A DNA stretch of 64,000 bases, from assembly GCA_963754925.1 (NCBI GenBank), contig CAVWHX010000001.1:64001-128000 (forward strand), read 5' to 3'. Under the pieces are notes generated by a model. The model had not been told where the DNA came from and did not search any database. It saw nothing but the letters and a program-made list of their open reading frames with translations. Position 1 is the first letter of the stretch, and every line of letters begins with the position of its first letter. The DNA is from an uncultured delta proteobacterium (GTDB taxonomy: Bacteria > Myxococcota > B64-G9). A program made the translations under genes and the position numbers. Below, piece by piece: positions 62,699-64,000 of this stretch.

Positions 62699-62821
62699 GG
62701 GCGCTGCTTGCCGCGCAACAAATTGCATCGACGATGGTAGGGGCGCTGCTTGCCGCGCCCTGATTAGCGAATGAGGGCAGGGCAAGCCCTGCCCCTACGA
62801 CGTTTATGCCGTGATAAATTT

Positions 62822-64000
62822 TTATTCCCCTCGCAGCCTCACGTAATGTCCGGCTTGGCGCAGGACCTCGACGGCGCGCAGGGTGGTCGGCCGGTCGACA
62901 AAGGCCAGGCGCAACACCCCGTCTTCATCATGGCGAACCTTGAGGACTTGGATGTCGCAGATGTTGATCTTCTCGCGCGCCAACGAGGTGGTGACCGAGG
63001 ACAGGGCGCCCGGCTCGTCCATTATTCGAACGATGATCTCATTCTCGGGGCGCTGAAGTCCTTGCAGGTTGCGCGGTATGTTCAATCGATAGCGGGCGGC
63101 ATCCTCGAGCTCCGGCTTCAGTTTCTCCTCGGTGCCGAGTGAAGCTTCGATGGTATCCAAGGCCTGGCGCACCGCGGCCAACCGCTCCCGAATGGGACCC
63201 TGGTTGGTTGCCAGGACGTCTTTCCACACGCTGTACGGGCTTGAAGCAATCCGTGTCATGTCTCGGAATCCGCCCGCGGCGAAACGCAAGGTGAGCTCGT
63301 CGTCCATCCTCCCGGCGCTATTGCTCAGGGCCGCCGAAAGAAGGTACGGAACATGGCTTATGGCGGCGGCCAAGCGGTCGTGCCGAGCCGGATCGAGGAT
63401 TATCGGATTGCTTCCAATGCTTTTGAGAGCCAGGCTGAGTTTATTGACGTGATCCTCGGGAACGTCGCCCACCGGACATAAGGCATAGACTGCATCCTGA
63501 AACAAGAGCGGATCGGCCGCGGCTGCACCCCGACGTTCGGACCCGGCCATCGGGTGGCCGCCGATGAAGAAAACCCCTTTGGGCAATTTCAAAGCGGCAG
63601 CGCAGATTGTTTCCTTGGTGCCGCCGACATCGGTGACCAACGCGCCCTTTTTGAGGTATTTTCCGATCCAACCAAGCGATTCCAGAATTGTTTGAACCGG
63701 CGTGCATAAAATTACCAGGTCGGCGTTTTTCAATGCCTCGCCGATATGGTTCATTGAGAACACTTCATCGACGACCGAAGCATTGCGCACCGAATCGAGC
63801 GACCCTTCCCGAGCGACGCCGATAAGGCGCTCGACGGCGCGGGTTTCACGCAGACCGAGTGACAGCGAACCGCCGATAAGTCCCACGCCCACCACGACCG
63901 CCTGCTTGAATAACGGCTTCGGAAGCGGCTGGCGAAACGCCCGCGCCATCGCCGGCGGACGCCTGCGCACGGCCGGGGCAATGATGCGCATATCGGCCAT
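62822..64000 (-). CDS. tyrA: Prephenate dehydrogenase with C-terminal ACT domain; frame open to window edge
   Basis: GVGLIGGS, TDVGGTK, GGHPMAGSE, HD..A.ISH.P, GGFRDMTRIA. Confidence 0.92.
   Translation of the reverse strand: MADMRIIAPAVRRRPPAMARAFRQPLPKPLFKQAVVVGVGLIGGSLSLGLRETRAVERLIGVAREGSLDSVRNASVVDEVFSMNHIGEALKNADLVILCTPVQTILESLGWIGKYLKKGALVTDVGGTKETICAAALKLPKGVFFIGGHPMAGSERRGAAAADPLLFQDAVYALCPVGDVPEDHVNKLSLALKSIGSNPIILDPARHDRLAAAISHVPYLLSAALSNSAGRMDDELTLRFAAGGFRDMTRIASSPYSVWKDVLATNQGPIRERLAAVRQALDTIEASLGTEEKLKPELEDAARYRLNIPRNLQGLQRPENEIIVRIMDEPGALSSVTTSLAREKINICDIQVLKVRHDEDGVLRLAFVDRPTTLRAVEVLRQAGHYVRLRGE

Overview
Bacterial chromosomal window; gene content suggests a deltaproteobacterial or Myxococcota-like anaerobe (inference). 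All family calls come from motif recognition, not database searches. Left part (1-19.5 kb): branched-chain and aromatic amino-acid genes (ilvB-ilvN-leuA-cimA, ilvC, leuCDB, pheA) interleaved with lipid-related genes (ERG2/sigma-1-like isomerase, SDR, sphingosine-1-phosphate-lyase-like enzyme plus FGGY kinase), a Fic gene, and a probable orphan ~255-nt structured ncRNA with its own promoter, boxA-like element and terminator (8.53-8.90 kb). 19.7-26.8 kb: two paralogous ~9-heme lipoprotein cytochromes around a NapC/NirT quinol dehydrogenase. Centre (26.9-49.2 kb): a mosaic accessory region in which four directly repeated 27-28 bp XerC/XerD dif-like sites (32041, 36050, 37211, 38082) separate unrelated gene blocks: TetR + acyl-CoA ligase + methyltransferase; OmpA; higBA; then DUF1016-radC, a fused restriction-modification system and a DGQHR/nucleoside-deoxyribosyltransferase-like fusion. 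These are followed by a Cas4/AddB-like nuclease, ORF6N and a RAYT transposase with many REP/REPIN copies. Right part (49.3-64 kb): MATE, haloalkane dehalogenase, a minus-strand cluster (ccsB-ccsA, 9-heme cytochrome, NrfC/NrfD-like pair, cytochrome c3, beta-barrel, 11- and 10-heme cytochromes) resembling a complete trans-envelope electron conduit, and tyrA. Five single-base frameshifts in short homopolymers may be sequencing errors. Best candidates for new biology: the tandem dif-like cassette array, the orphan ncRNA, the ORF6N and DUF1016 palindrome variants, and the RM-linked DGQHR-NDT fusion.
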